DNA from: Candidatus Saccharimonadota bacterium
Lineage (GTDB): Bacteria > Pseudomonadota > Alphaproteobacteria > CAJXXZ01 > 1604HC
Length of the DNA stretch: 32,000 nt
NCBI RefSeq assembly: GCF_008189525.1
Contig: NZ_CP043314.1
Span: 360,001-392,000 of the forward strand
Direction: 5' to 3'
Part shown: one piece after another, positions 9,091-18,217 of the stretch
Layout of the letters: each line of letters begins with the position of its first letter
Numbering within the stretch: position 1 is the stretch's first letter
Notes under the pieces: generated by a model
What the model saw: only the letters and a program-made list of their open reading frames with translations
Databases searched by the model: none
Told to the model about the DNA's origin: nothing
Made by a program: the position numbers and the translations under genes

Positions 9091-11109
9091 ATGACAGAAA
9101 GTATACAAAAAACTTTATCAAGAATAAGACCTCCTAGAGTTAAGATAACCTATGATGTAGAGACAGGTGGAGCTATAGTAAAGAAAGAGCTCCCTTTCAT
9201 AATGGGAGTAATATCTGATCTTTACGGACACCAGGAAGAAAAAATAGATCTTAAAGATAGAAGATTTATTTTTATAGATAGGGATAATTTTAACGATGTT
9301 ATGTCTTCTATCAAGCCTATGCTAAAAATCAGAGTCAAAGACACACTAGCAAAGAAGGCACCAGATTCTAAGAAAGCTAAGAAATCTGATGGAAAAGAAG
9401 AGAAAGATTCAAAGAAAGCAAAATCTAATGATGCTGCATCCGAAGATGCAATGATTCCTTTAGAAATAAAGTTCGAAAGCATTGATGATTTTCATCCAGT
9501 ATCAATAGTAAACAAAATTCCTGAATTGAATTCTATGATTAAAGATCACGTATCTTTGGTAGATTTACTTTCAAAAGTAGATGGAAACGAAGATTTAGAT
9601 AAAATTCTATGCGATGTAGTAAAATCTGAAGATAAAGCTAAACTAATAGCAGAATCAGCAGATATTTCTAAAGCAACTCCAGAAATAGAAAAAATCATAA
9701 AAGAAGGAAAAATGATCCTACAAGAAGGAGAAACTGTAGACCCTGACAAGCTTCTAAAAGCTAAAGAAATTGTCGCAGCTTTTGTAAGATCCTTGGATGA
9801 AGCTAAAGAGTTGAGTAACTCCTATCCATACATAATGAATAGAATTTCAAACATAGACCAACAAATCTCCTTGCAACTTGACGAAATAATTCACAATCCA
9901 GAGTTTCAGAAATTAGAAGCTTCTTGGAGAGGGCTACATTATTTAGTCATGAATTCTGAAACTGGTGAAAGATTGAAAATCAGAGTCTTATCTATTACAA
10001 GAGATGAATTACAATCTGATCTAGAAAATGCTATAGAGTTCGATCAAAGTAAATTATTCAAAAAAGTTTATGAAGAAGAATATGGAACATTGGGTGGAAT
10101 GCCTTACTCTTGTCTTCTAGGTGATTTCTACGTAGGAAGAAGTCCTGTAGATGTTTCTTTAATAGATCATATAAGCACTGTTGCTGCTGCTGCACACACA
10201 CCATTCCTTGCTGCTGCTGATCCATCTATGTTTGATTTGTCTGCATTCACAGAACTTCACTACCCAAGAGATTTGAAAAAAATCTTCGAAAGTTCAGAAA
10301 TGATCAAGTGGAACAGCTTTAGAGACAAAGAAGACTCTAGATACGTAAACTTGTTCTTACCAAGAGTTCTTGTAAGACTTCCTTACGGTGATGATACCAT
10401 TCCTGTAAAAGAATTTTCTTACAATGAAAAAGTCGATGGACTAGATAACTCTAAGTTCTGTTGGGGTAACCCAGCTTTTGCGATGGCTTCAAGAATTACA
10501 GATGCATTTGCAAAATTCGGTTGGACTGCTGCTATCAGAGGTGTAGAAGGTGGTGGATTAGTAGAAAATCTACCTGCATACACATTTAAGACACAATATG
10601 GTGACATAGCTCTTAAATGCCCTACAGAAACAATCATAACTGACAGAAGAGAAAAAGAATTAAGTGATTTAGGTTTCATAACAATTTGTCATAACAAAGG
10701 AACAGATAAAGCTGTATTCTTTGGATCACAAAGTACACAAAAACCAAAAGAGTACAACCTTCCAGAGGCAACTTCAAATGCGTTGATCTCTTCAAGATTG
10801 CCTTACATGCTTAATGTATCTAGATTTGCTCATTATATAAAAATGATCATGAGAGAAAAAATAGGTTCATTCGCCTCTGCAGAAGATATAGAAACATACT
10901 TGAACACATGGATTGCACAATATGTATTCTTATCAGACACAGGAAGCCAAGGAATAAAATCCAGGTATCCATTAAGAGAAGCAAATATAAAGATCAAAAC
11001 AAATGAATCTGATCCAGGATCTTATAGCGCTATTATATACATGAAACCTCACTTCCAGTTGGAAGAACTAACCGTTTCATTAAGACTAGTAGCTAAGATT
11101 CCTGCTTAA
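9091..11109 (+). CDS. tssBC: Type VI secretion sheath, fused TssB(VipA)-TssC(VipB) single polypeptide
   Basis: The N-terminal part carries the TssB signature: [40 protein letters not shown] and [13 protein letters not shown]. The remainder carries TssC signatures: [84 protein letters not shown] and SLRLV. The frame is continuous. ATG 9091 is preceded by GAGAGGA, and the ORF is open from TTG 9076. Confidence 0.85.
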   Translation: MTESIQKTLSRIRPPRVKITYDVETGGAIVKKELPFIMGVISDLYGHQEEKIDLKDRRFIFIDRDNFNDVMSSIKPMLKIRVKDTLAKKAPDSKKAKKSDGKEEKDSKKAKSNDAASEDAMIPLEIKFESIDDFHPVSIVNKIPELNSMIKDHVSLVDLLSKVDGNEDLDKILCDVVKSEDKAKLIAESADISKATPEIEKIIKEGKMILQEGETVDPDKLLKAKEIVAAFVRSLDEAKELSNSYPYIMNRISNIDQQISLQLDEIIHNPEFQKLEASWRGLHYLVMNSETGERLKIRVLSITRDELQSDLENAIEFDQSKLFKKVYEEEYGTLGGMPYSCLLGDFYVGRSPVDVSLIDHISTVAAAAHTPFLAAADPSMFDLSAFTELHYPRDLKKIFESSEMIKWNSFRDKEDSRYVNLFLPRVLVRLPYGDDTIPVKEFSYNEKVDGLDNSKFCWGNPAFAMASRITDAFAKFGWTAAIRGVEGGGLVENLPAYTFKTQYGDIALKCPTETIITDRREKELSDLGFITICHNKGTDKAVFFGSQSTQKPKEYNLPEATSNALISSRLPYMLNVSRFAHYIKMIMREKIGSFASAEDIETYLNTWIAQYVFLSDTGSQGIKSRYPLREANIKIKTNESDPGSYSAIIYMKPHFQLEELTVSLRLVAKIPA

Positions 11110-11129
11110 AAAGAAAGGATAAATAGAAA

Positions 11130-11759
11130 ATGATAGCACAAAACAATAATATGGGCTCAAATCTAGGAAAGTTAGAAAATAACAGAATACAGTATGGAGA
11201 TGGATCGAGCGTTGATGGTATAAACCAACTCGAAAGACAAGATTCTGGTTCTGATCTTCTAATCAGAATGGGAGAAGATACAAAAAAAGAAGTTAGTAAT
11301 ATTGAAAAATACACATGCTTCCATCCAATGAAGAGTTACCACGAATCTTTCACAGGATCAGTTAACAAAGATATGTCTAACCCAAACAAAACATTGAGCG
11401 GAAAAGTAATATCAAGTTACATAGAAGTTGTAGTTCCAGTTGGTGTGTTTGCCATGTCTATGGAAGAAACTGGTTTAACAAATACAGGTATTAAATTCAT
11501 AGAAGTAGTTAGAACACAAATCGTAAAGAAAGAAAGAGTTATTTCTGAATCCAGAATTTTCGTACAATCTTTCGTACTTGGAAGTGCAGGTCAGCTAGGT
11601 GATCACGTTTGGTTACAACTTGGATTTAATGAAGTTCATAAACATATAAACCAATATGACTCAGCAGGAAATCCTACTGGAAGCTTTGGATATGCTTATT
11701 CAAATGAAAAAGGAACCTTGTTGGCAGACGGTAAACTAGACCCTTACAGTCCTTCATAA
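11130..11759 (+). CDS. hcp: Hcp/TssD-like T6SS tube protein, divergent, with a roughly 40-aa N-terminal extension
   Basis: The gene starts 20 nt downstream of tssBC. DLLIRMGEDTKKE aligns with the Hcp N-terminus (DMFIKIGDVKGES). IFVQSFVLGSAGQLGDHVWLQLGFNEVHKHINQYDSAGN aligns with VLVSSVSTGGSGGEDRLTENVTLNFAQVQVDYQPQKADG of P. aeruginosa Hcp1. Confidence 0.6.
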   Translation: MIAQNNNMGSNLGKLENNRIQYGDGSSVDGINQLERQDSGSDLLIRMGEDTKKEVSNIEKYTCFHPMKSYHESFTGSVNKDMSNPNKTLSGKVISSYIEVVVPVGVFAMSMEETGLTNTGIKFIEVVRTQIVKKERVISESRIFVQSFVLGSAGQLGDHVWLQLGFNEVHKHINQYDSAGNPTGSFGYAYSNEKGTLLADGKLDPYSPS

Positions 11760-12077
11760 TACAAGAGCTTAAAACAATCTAAAGAAAAAATGGTATCAGG
11801 ATGATATATGATTTCGCAGAAATGATATCAGGATGGTGTCATTTAATTTTTTAGGTTAGTTCTAATTAAGAAATATTTTCAAAATAGCAAAACACTATTT
11901 TCTATTCTATAGGGAATTTTATTTCTAATAAACTAATGTATATTGATTTTAATAGTTAAAAAAAACATAACAATGCTCAAGCATATTAATTTACTAATAT
12001 TCAGATCTATTACATTACATATTTACTCAATTTAAACTTTTATAAGATAGACTTTTTAAACATTTCTTAAATATGAC

Positions 12078-14039
12078 TCAACTTATATTCTTCAAATAAT
12101 TATAAGAATTTAACACCCATGTGTTTTCTTTCAAATAATTGCTTATAGAATCAATAACAGAAGGGCCGATTCCTTTTATATTTATATTTGCTAATTTTTC
12201 TTTATCTGTAAAAGTTTCTATGAAATTTTCTAAGGTAATTAAATTCTTTGCAAGCAAAGTACTTTGCCCATATCCAACATTAGGAATACATAAAGCAAAA
12301 ATCCATCTATTAAGCTCTATTCTTGATTGAGAGTTTATACTATTCAATATATTTATAGCTACTTTGCTGCCCAATATATTTTTTACCTGACTATTATTTT
12401 GAAGTATAAGTTCTCTTAATTTTTTAATTACATCTTCTTGATTGTTCACTAAACCAATTTCAAATAATTTTCTAATATTTTTCTCACCCAGATTAGATAT
12501 ATTTAGTGCTTTTTTAGAAACAAAATGCTCTATTTGTAATATTTTCTGTTCACTACATTGAGGATTAATGCATTTCAACATAACACTTTCTCTTACTAAT
12601 TCACTATTGCAAGATGGGCAAATTACAGGAAGTATAAACTTTTCTTTTCCAGTATTTTTCTTAGACATTACGTGTGGAATTACATCTCCAGCTCTAGCTA
12701 TAATCACCTCATCACCAATTCTGTAATCTTTGTTAATAACTTCTTGAACATTATGCAAAGAAACTTTCTTAACTTCTACTCCATCTATAAAAATCGGATC
12801 TAAAATGGCTACAGGGCTTATTGCTCCACTTTTTCCAATTTGCATAACTATATCTACAATAGTTGTGGAAGAATTTCTCGGAAAAAACTTACAAGCAAAG
12901 CAAAATCTAGGTGCTGTGCTATGAAAACCTAATTCATCCCAGCTCTTCAAGCTATTCACTTTCAGAACAACTCCATCTACAGGGTAGGGTATATCGTTTC
13001 TAGACAGCTCTGTTTTCTGAAAAGCTTCTTTTGCCTCACATAAATCATCACAAATGACATATTTCATTGTATTAAATCCCAATTTGGATATTAAATCTAT
13101 CTGATTAGAGTACTTAGATCTTAAATTCTGTACAAACCCATGGGGAATAAATTTCAATTTGTAATTTGCTATAAAATCCATTTCTTTATTTCTTAAAATA
13201 CCAGCAGTAGCATTTCTAGGATTCTTAAATTCCTTTTCTATAGAGTTATTAACTTTATTAAAAGACTCAAAATCCATAAAAATTTCACCTCTAATCTCAA
13301 ATTCATCAGGCATAGTAATTTCTTCTGTATCCATTATATTTACACTTACTGCACCTGAGCTTTCATCTTTTGTATCTTTGTTTATATCTATATTTTTATC
13401 TTCTTCTGCACTTTCTACTATTTCTACTAAAGCTTCTATTTTTACTGGAATTTCTTGAGGTATGTTTTCTATATATTTAGCTTGTTTAGTAATATCCATT
13501 CCATAAGTTCCATCTCCTCTTGTTACACATAAACTCAGTTTCCCTTTTGTATAACTTAATGACGCAGATATTCCATCTATCTTATGTTCCAAAACCATTT
13601 CTGGCTCTAATTTTATAGAATTAAGTATTTTTTTATAAAACTTCTCCATAGAATCAGTTCCGTACCCATGGTCCAGAGAAAGCATAGGAAATTTATGCTT
13701 AACTTCTTTGTCTTCTATATGTCCGATTTTATTTAAAGGGCTGTTTTTTTGCTTCCCTATTTTTTCTTCTATTTCTTGCAATCTATATTTTAATAAATCA
13801 TACGATGTATCAGCAATTAAAGGCTTACCATAAGCATATTTTTTGTCATAAAACTTTACTTTCTTAGAAACTTCTTTCCACTCTTGTTTCAACTTACCTA
13901 AATCTCCGCCTAAACCTTCTTCGGTTATTTTGCCTATAGGTTTATCTTCAACAAATTTACTCACTTTAGATGTATTTTCTAAGTTTTTATCTTTTTTTAA
14001 AACACTACTTTCATCAATTTCATCAAATAAACTTCCCAT
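12078..14039 (-). CDS. ligA: NAD-dependent DNA ligase LigA (N-terminal extension, internal insertion, no BRCT domain)
   Basis: The adenylation motif EHKIDGISASL (KxDG) is present, followed by TRGDGTYG, VDGVVLK and the Zn finger CPSCNSELVRESVMLKCINPQC, then HhH repeats (IPNVGYG, IKGIGPS). The protein ends right after the HhH region. Confidence 0.9.
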   Translation of the reverse strand: MGSLFDEIDESSVLKKDKNLENTSKVSKFVEDKPIGKITEEGLGGDLGKLKQEWKEVSKKVKFYDKKYAYGKPLIADTSYDLLKYRLQEIEEKIGKQKNSPLNKIGHIEDKEVKHKFPMLSLDHGYGTDSMEKFYKKILNSIKLEPEMVLEHKIDGISASLSYTKGKLSLCVTRGDGTYGMDITKQAKYIENIPQEIPVKIEALVEIVESAEEDKNIDINKDTKDESSGAVSVNIMDTEEITMPDEFEIRGEIFMDFESFNKVNNSIEKEFKNPRNATAGILRNKEMDFIANYKLKFIPHGFVQNLRSKYSNQIDLISKLGFNTMKYVICDDLCEAKEAFQKTELSRNDIPYPVDGVVLKVNSLKSWDELGFHSTAPRFCFACKFFPRNSSTTIVDIVMQIGKSGAISPVAILDPIFIDGVEVKKVSLHNVQEVINKDYRIGDEVIIARAGDVIPHVMSKKNTGKEKFILPVICPSCNSELVRESVMLKCINPQCSEQKILQIEHFVSKKALNISNLGEKNIRKLFEIGLVNNQEDVIKKLRELILQNNSQVKNILGSKVAINILNSINSQSRIELNRWIFALCIPNVGYGQSTLLAKNLITLENFIETFTDKEKLANINIKGIGPSVIDSISNYLKENTWVLNSYNYLKNIS

Positions 14040-14136
14040 AATTAGCTCTTTTCTGCTTTTAATATTTAATATCTTTTAATTATTTTTTTATAAATTTTAT
14101 AATTTCATTTTTACTTATTAATCATATTTAGATTAG

Positions 14137-14940
14137 TTAGTTAAGGTTTTTAGCCTCTACGTACCACTTACTTTTGGGGTATTTCATTTCAAAGTATTTT
14201 AAGATTCTCTCTTTATCTCTTTTTGAACCTATATTCTGAAAAATTTCAGCACACCTAAACAAAGATTCTTGTACATAATCACTTTTGCTATATTCTTTTA
14301 TTATTTTTCCATAATACTTTAAGGAAACTATTGGATTTCCTTTCTTGGAGTAAAAAATACCTAATTGAAAATTTTGGTAAGCAAGAATATTTATGCATTT
14401 ACTTCTTATTTCTGAATGATTTGATTTAGAAAGGGGAATTAATTCTAGAATTTCGCTTATTTCTGAATTATCTCTACCTACATCTCTTATTTTTTTATAT
14501 AAACACTTAATTATTATAGAGTTCACATCCATTTCACCAGAAAAAATAGGAAATATAGATTTCAAAACTCTTGCAGCTTCTAAGCTCTTTTCATATTCCT
14601 TAGCATTATAAAAAGATTTAGCTGCTTTAAGAATAGCATACTTAGCTTTGCTAGATGTTGGATAATTTTCTTCTATTTCAAGGTACTTTTCTGCAGCCTG
14701 TGAATATTTTTTCCTTTTCAAAAGATCCTCTGCATTAAGCCAAATTTTTTGCAAATCCGACACTTTATCTTTCTGGTCAGAGCTCTTTTGATTTACTTTC
14801 TTATTTTCTTTTACAGCAGCAGATTTTTCAAGATTCAGATCATATAAACCGCTAGAGCTTAAAGTATATAAGAATAAAGCCACTAAAATAGCCTTAATTA
14901 TTTTATTAATTTTTCTTCTAGATTTTTTAAAGAAATACAC
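14137..14940 (-). CDS. bamD: BamD/YfiO(ComL)-like TPR outer-membrane assembly factor
   Basis: An N-terminal hydrophobic signal-like segment is followed by repeated TPR-like units with the typical BamD pattern: YPTSSKAKYA, LAYQNFQLGIFYSKKGN, EYSKSDYVQESLF and YPKSKWY. The start is GTG. Confidence 0.6.
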   Translation of the reverse strand: MYFFKKSRRKINKIIKAILVALFLYTLSSSGLYDLNLEKSAAVKENKKVNQKSSDQKDKVSDLQKIWLNAEDLLKRKKYSQAAEKYLEIEENYPTSSKAKYAILKAAKSFYNAKEYEKSLEAARVLKSIFPIFSGEMDVNSIIIKCLYKKIRDVGRDNSEISEILELIPLSKSNHSEIRSKCINILAYQNFQLGIFYSKKGNPIVSLKYYGKIIKEYSKSDYVQESLFRCAEIFQNIGSKRDKERILKYFEMKYPKSKWYVEAKNLN

Positions 14941-15099
14941 ATCAAAAATATAACATTTTGTAAAGATTATTAGAATATGAATAATTTGAATAAGCGCATT
15001 TGAATCATATTATTTATTTTAATAGTTATATTTATTAACTAATATACAGCTAGATAAAAACAGCTAGACAAAATAGAATACATAGAATCAACGTAAAAA

Positions 15100-16284
15100 C
15101 TACGCCAAGTTTACTTTGCAGTATCCATTTTTACTATTCAACCAACTTAACTCTCCTAAAATACAATCTTCTCCTAATAATGCATCAGGTCTTGATTCTT
15201 TCTTCAAATTTAACTTTATTGAAAAATTCAAATCAAATGGAACATAAGATTTAATCAACTTTATAATTTGACTCCTAAGCCTTTTTCCATGCATAAGTTT
15301 TTTATACAAATCCAAGCTGTGTATAGTAATTAGTATATCTATTCCATATGTATTATCCAAAAACCTCTTTCCTAAGAAAGTAGTTCCAAAACTTCTTCCT
15401 GGAGCATCACTATACCCAAGACAATACCCTTTATTTTCCACATGCCTTCTAGTAACTTTGTCAAATGAAAACACATCCTCATCGTTTATATATTCCCATT
15501 TCCCCTTAAACTGAAAAACTGCCACATCACACTTATAATTTAAAAATGATAAAATTATCCTTTTTAATTGAAATTTATTATGCTTTTGTTTCCAAAATGC
15601 TGCAGACACATATCTAGATATATTATTTATATAAGAATTTACATAAGGTTTTGTAGAGCCTATAGATTCTAGAACTTTATTAATAACATGATCTCTCTTG
15701 TTTTGAGGATTACATATTGATACATTTCCCCTCTGTGCTATTTTGTAAGTATTTTCTATTATCTTATTATTAAAAATATCTAAGAAATCTTTGAAAACAT
15801 GATCTTTTTCTTTTCCATCATTAATAAATTTATGTATATAGAATAATGGCAAAGCACCCTGTATTCCGAGCATACTTACATTATTAACTATCATTTCTAT
15901 TCTTTTTCTTTTCTTATCGTACGATATAGATTTTATATCACTAGAGTTTACGCTCATTTCAACAGAACCTTTAAAAACTATTTCTTTTATATCTTTCGGG
16001 TTCTTTTTTTGATAACTTTCCAAGAGAAAGATTGCTTGGTGTACGGAAAAATTCCAAGGAGATTTAATCAAATTATACAAAACAAATTGACTGTCAAAAT
16101 AATGATAAGTTTTTAATTCATTTTTTGAATCCATGCCTGAATCTATGCCTGAATCTAACTTATCTAAGTAAAACTTACTTTCAGAATTTAATTTATTTTG
16201 CTCCATCTCTAACTCACTTTCTAATTTACTTTCTAATAATTTCAGTTTTGTAACATTTAAATATTTAATATCTTCTGAGCTCAC
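15100..16284 (-). CDS. tssG: Type VI secretion baseplate protein TssG (ImpH/VasB family)
   Basis: WNFSVHQAIFLLE matches the TssG N-terminal FxFFQAxRLLE-type motif, and the C-terminal ALLGEDCILGELSWL matches the LG..LG..W tail. The GTG start follows directly after the tssF TAA stop. The N-terminal extension contains a 12-bp tandem duplication (16133-16156, encoding DSGIDSGMDS). Confidence 0.75.
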   Translation of the reverse strand: MSSEDIKYLNVTKLKLLESKLESELEMEQNKLNSESKFYLDKLDSGIDSGMDSKNELKTYHYFDSQFVLYNLIKSPWNFSVHQAIFLLESYQKKNPKDIKEIVFKGSVEMSVNSSDIKSISYDKKRKRIEMIVNNVSMLGIQGALPLFYIHKFINDGKEKDHVFKDFLDIFNNKIIENTYKIAQRGNVSICNPQNKRDHVINKVLESIGSTKPYVNSYINNISRYVSAAFWKQKHNKFQLKRIILSFLNYKCDVAVFQFKGKWEYINDEDVFSFDKVTRRHVENKGYCLGYSDAPGRSFGTTFLGKRFLDNTYGIDILITIHSLDLYKKLMHGKRLRSQIIKLIKSYVPFDLNFSIKLNLKKESRPDALLGEDCILGELSWLNSKNGYCKVNLA

Positions 16285-18081
16285 TTAATTCTGAACTTCC
16301 CATTTTTTCCACGGTACATCATCATTAGATGACCCGAAAACTCTCATTTCTAATAGCGTATTGAAGCCTACATTGTTGCTTATGACACAAGACAAAACTT
16401 TTCCTAGCATAAAATGCTCTGCAACTTCATCCTTTATTTTTAAGTCAATAACAATTTTAGGAACTGACCCTGTCCAAGGAGAATTAGGCATCCTAGCTAT
16501 TGTTTTCTTGTGCTTTATCCCTAAAATTACCTCATTATATTTCTGATTGAAATTAAAATTATATATTTCTAGCATTTTCCTTAAAGGTTTTATATCTGAG
16601 TTATTAATAGAAAGATCCACATGGTTCAAAGATAAATTAGATATTATTTCCCATTGAGATTGCCCTCCGTACTGAGGATCTACTTGTTCTGTCGGTTTTA
16701 AAATATTAACACAAGAAAGGTTATCTATTTTATTAAACTGAAAACTTGTCTTGTAATTTATACTTTGAGCTTTATCTCTATTTGTACATAATAAATCAGC
16801 ATAAACAGTTTCTTCACTATATTCCTCTACATCCAAATCTTCATCAATAAAAGAAATCATCATTTTTGATCCTTTATCTTCTTTTTCTCTTCTTGAATAC
16901 CAAAAAGATCTTTCAGAGCCATTTTCTATGTCTGAAAATGAAAAGTAGGGATAATATACCTTTCTATTATTCTTAAAAGAACTCTTGTAACTAAATACTT
17001 CTTTTATAGTGTGTATTTCTGAATTTGAATCAAATCTATCAGACATGATTTTATATGAATCTTTTTCGTAATCTAATCTCAATGGCTCAGACTTCTGTTC
17101 AAACAAATTTACTGCTGGGCAACAATTATTCATAAGAATATTATCACTCATTGGAAGAAGTGAAGGCTTTGTCCTTTTGCTAAGAGGGATAAGAAAAGCT
17201 ATATCTCCTTTTATTTGTTCTAAATTAACATTTAAATTATTAATCTCGAAATTTAAAAATAAAAACTTATGCGGGAATATATTATATTCCATCAAAAGCC
17301 TATGAGAATCAGAAGTATATATAGGTCTATCTATGAGAGATTCATCCTCTCCAAATCCTTTTGGAGTTATTACACCTATTTTACTCTTTTGTAATAATTT
17401 CCCAGATTTATCAGATAAATAAATCGGAGTAGGTTCAGTTGGGTGATACCCTAAAATATGCTCGTATAAACTCTTAGCAGAAAAAAGATCACTATTTATA
17501 TAAAAAACTACATTAGAATTATTTTTGAAACTTTTCATATTTTCTGTTTCAAGTGAAAGACACCAATAATTCTGAGATTCTAATAATTCTGTATCTTCGG
17601 TCTTCATATAACTTATTTTCTTAGGATTAAAATCATTAACTGTTATTTCTTGAGAAGTAATAAAGTCACATAAAATATCTTCCTTATTATTAGCGCTGAT
17701 TTTTGTATGCTTAGGGATTTTAATATTCTTCTGATTAGATATATTTTTCTTACTTTCAAAATGAACTATTGTGCATGATGGAAACGGAGCCATAAATTGT
17801 GGATACAAAGAATCTAATAAAAAAGAGCTCAGGAAAGATAACTGGTCATCTATTTGCCATTGCAGCCTAGCATCAAAAAAAGCAAAAGACTCTAATATTC
17901 TTTGTACATGCGGGTCATCGACCTTATTTTCAGCAAAATTCAACTCCCTTGCTACAGAAGGGTATTTTTCTGCAAACTCATTTCCTTTTTTCAAAAGATA
18001 ATCCATAGATTTTCTAAAATGTGGAAACAGATTATTTAGATCTGGTGTAGATTTCATAGGCAAATTTAAAAATAAAATCAT
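16285..18081 (-). CDS. tssF: Type VI secretion baseplate protein TssF (ImpG/VasA family)
   Basis: The sequence YLLKKGNEFAEKYPSVARELNF..DDPHVQRILESFAFFDARLQWQIDDQL..LLDSLYPQFMAPFPSCTIVHF is the canonical TssF N-terminal signature. The length of about 590 aa fits the family. An alternative start exists at ATG 18057. Confidence 0.85.
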   Translation of the reverse strand: MILFLNLPMKSTPDLNNLFPHFRKSMDYLLKKGNEFAEKYPSVARELNFAENKVDDPHVQRILESFAFFDARLQWQIDDQLSFLSSFLLDSLYPQFMAPFPSCTIVHFESKKNISNQKNIKIPKHTKISANNKEDILCDFITSQEITVNDFNPKKISYMKTEDTELLESQNYWCLSLETENMKSFKNNSNVVFYINSDLFSAKSLYEHILGYHPTEPTPIYLSDKSGKLLQKSKIGVITPKGFGEDESLIDRPIYTSDSHRLLMEYNIFPHKFLFLNFEINNLNVNLEQIKGDIAFLIPLSKRTKPSLLPMSDNILMNNCCPAVNLFEQKSEPLRLDYEKDSYKIMSDRFDSNSEIHTIKEVFSYKSSFKNNRKVYYPYFSFSDIENGSERSFWYSRREKEDKGSKMMISFIDEDLDVEEYSEETVYADLLCTNRDKAQSINYKTSFQFNKIDNLSCVNILKPTEQVDPQYGGQSQWEIISNLSLNHVDLSINNSDIKPLRKMLEIYNFNFNQKYNEVILGIKHKKTIARMPNSPWTGSVPKIVIDLKIKDEVAEHFMLGKVLSCVISNNVGFNTLLEMRVFGSSNDDVPWKKWEVQN

Positions 18082-18217
18082 TAAATTTATGTTAAAAACG
18101 TATTAAACTGTCAGTTTTCATACAAAATTTGATTAAATTTGATCTTTAAACTGTATTTAACTATGAAAGAGAGTGCTCAGTGTAGGAATTAAAATATATT
18201 TTGTATAGGATGTTGTG

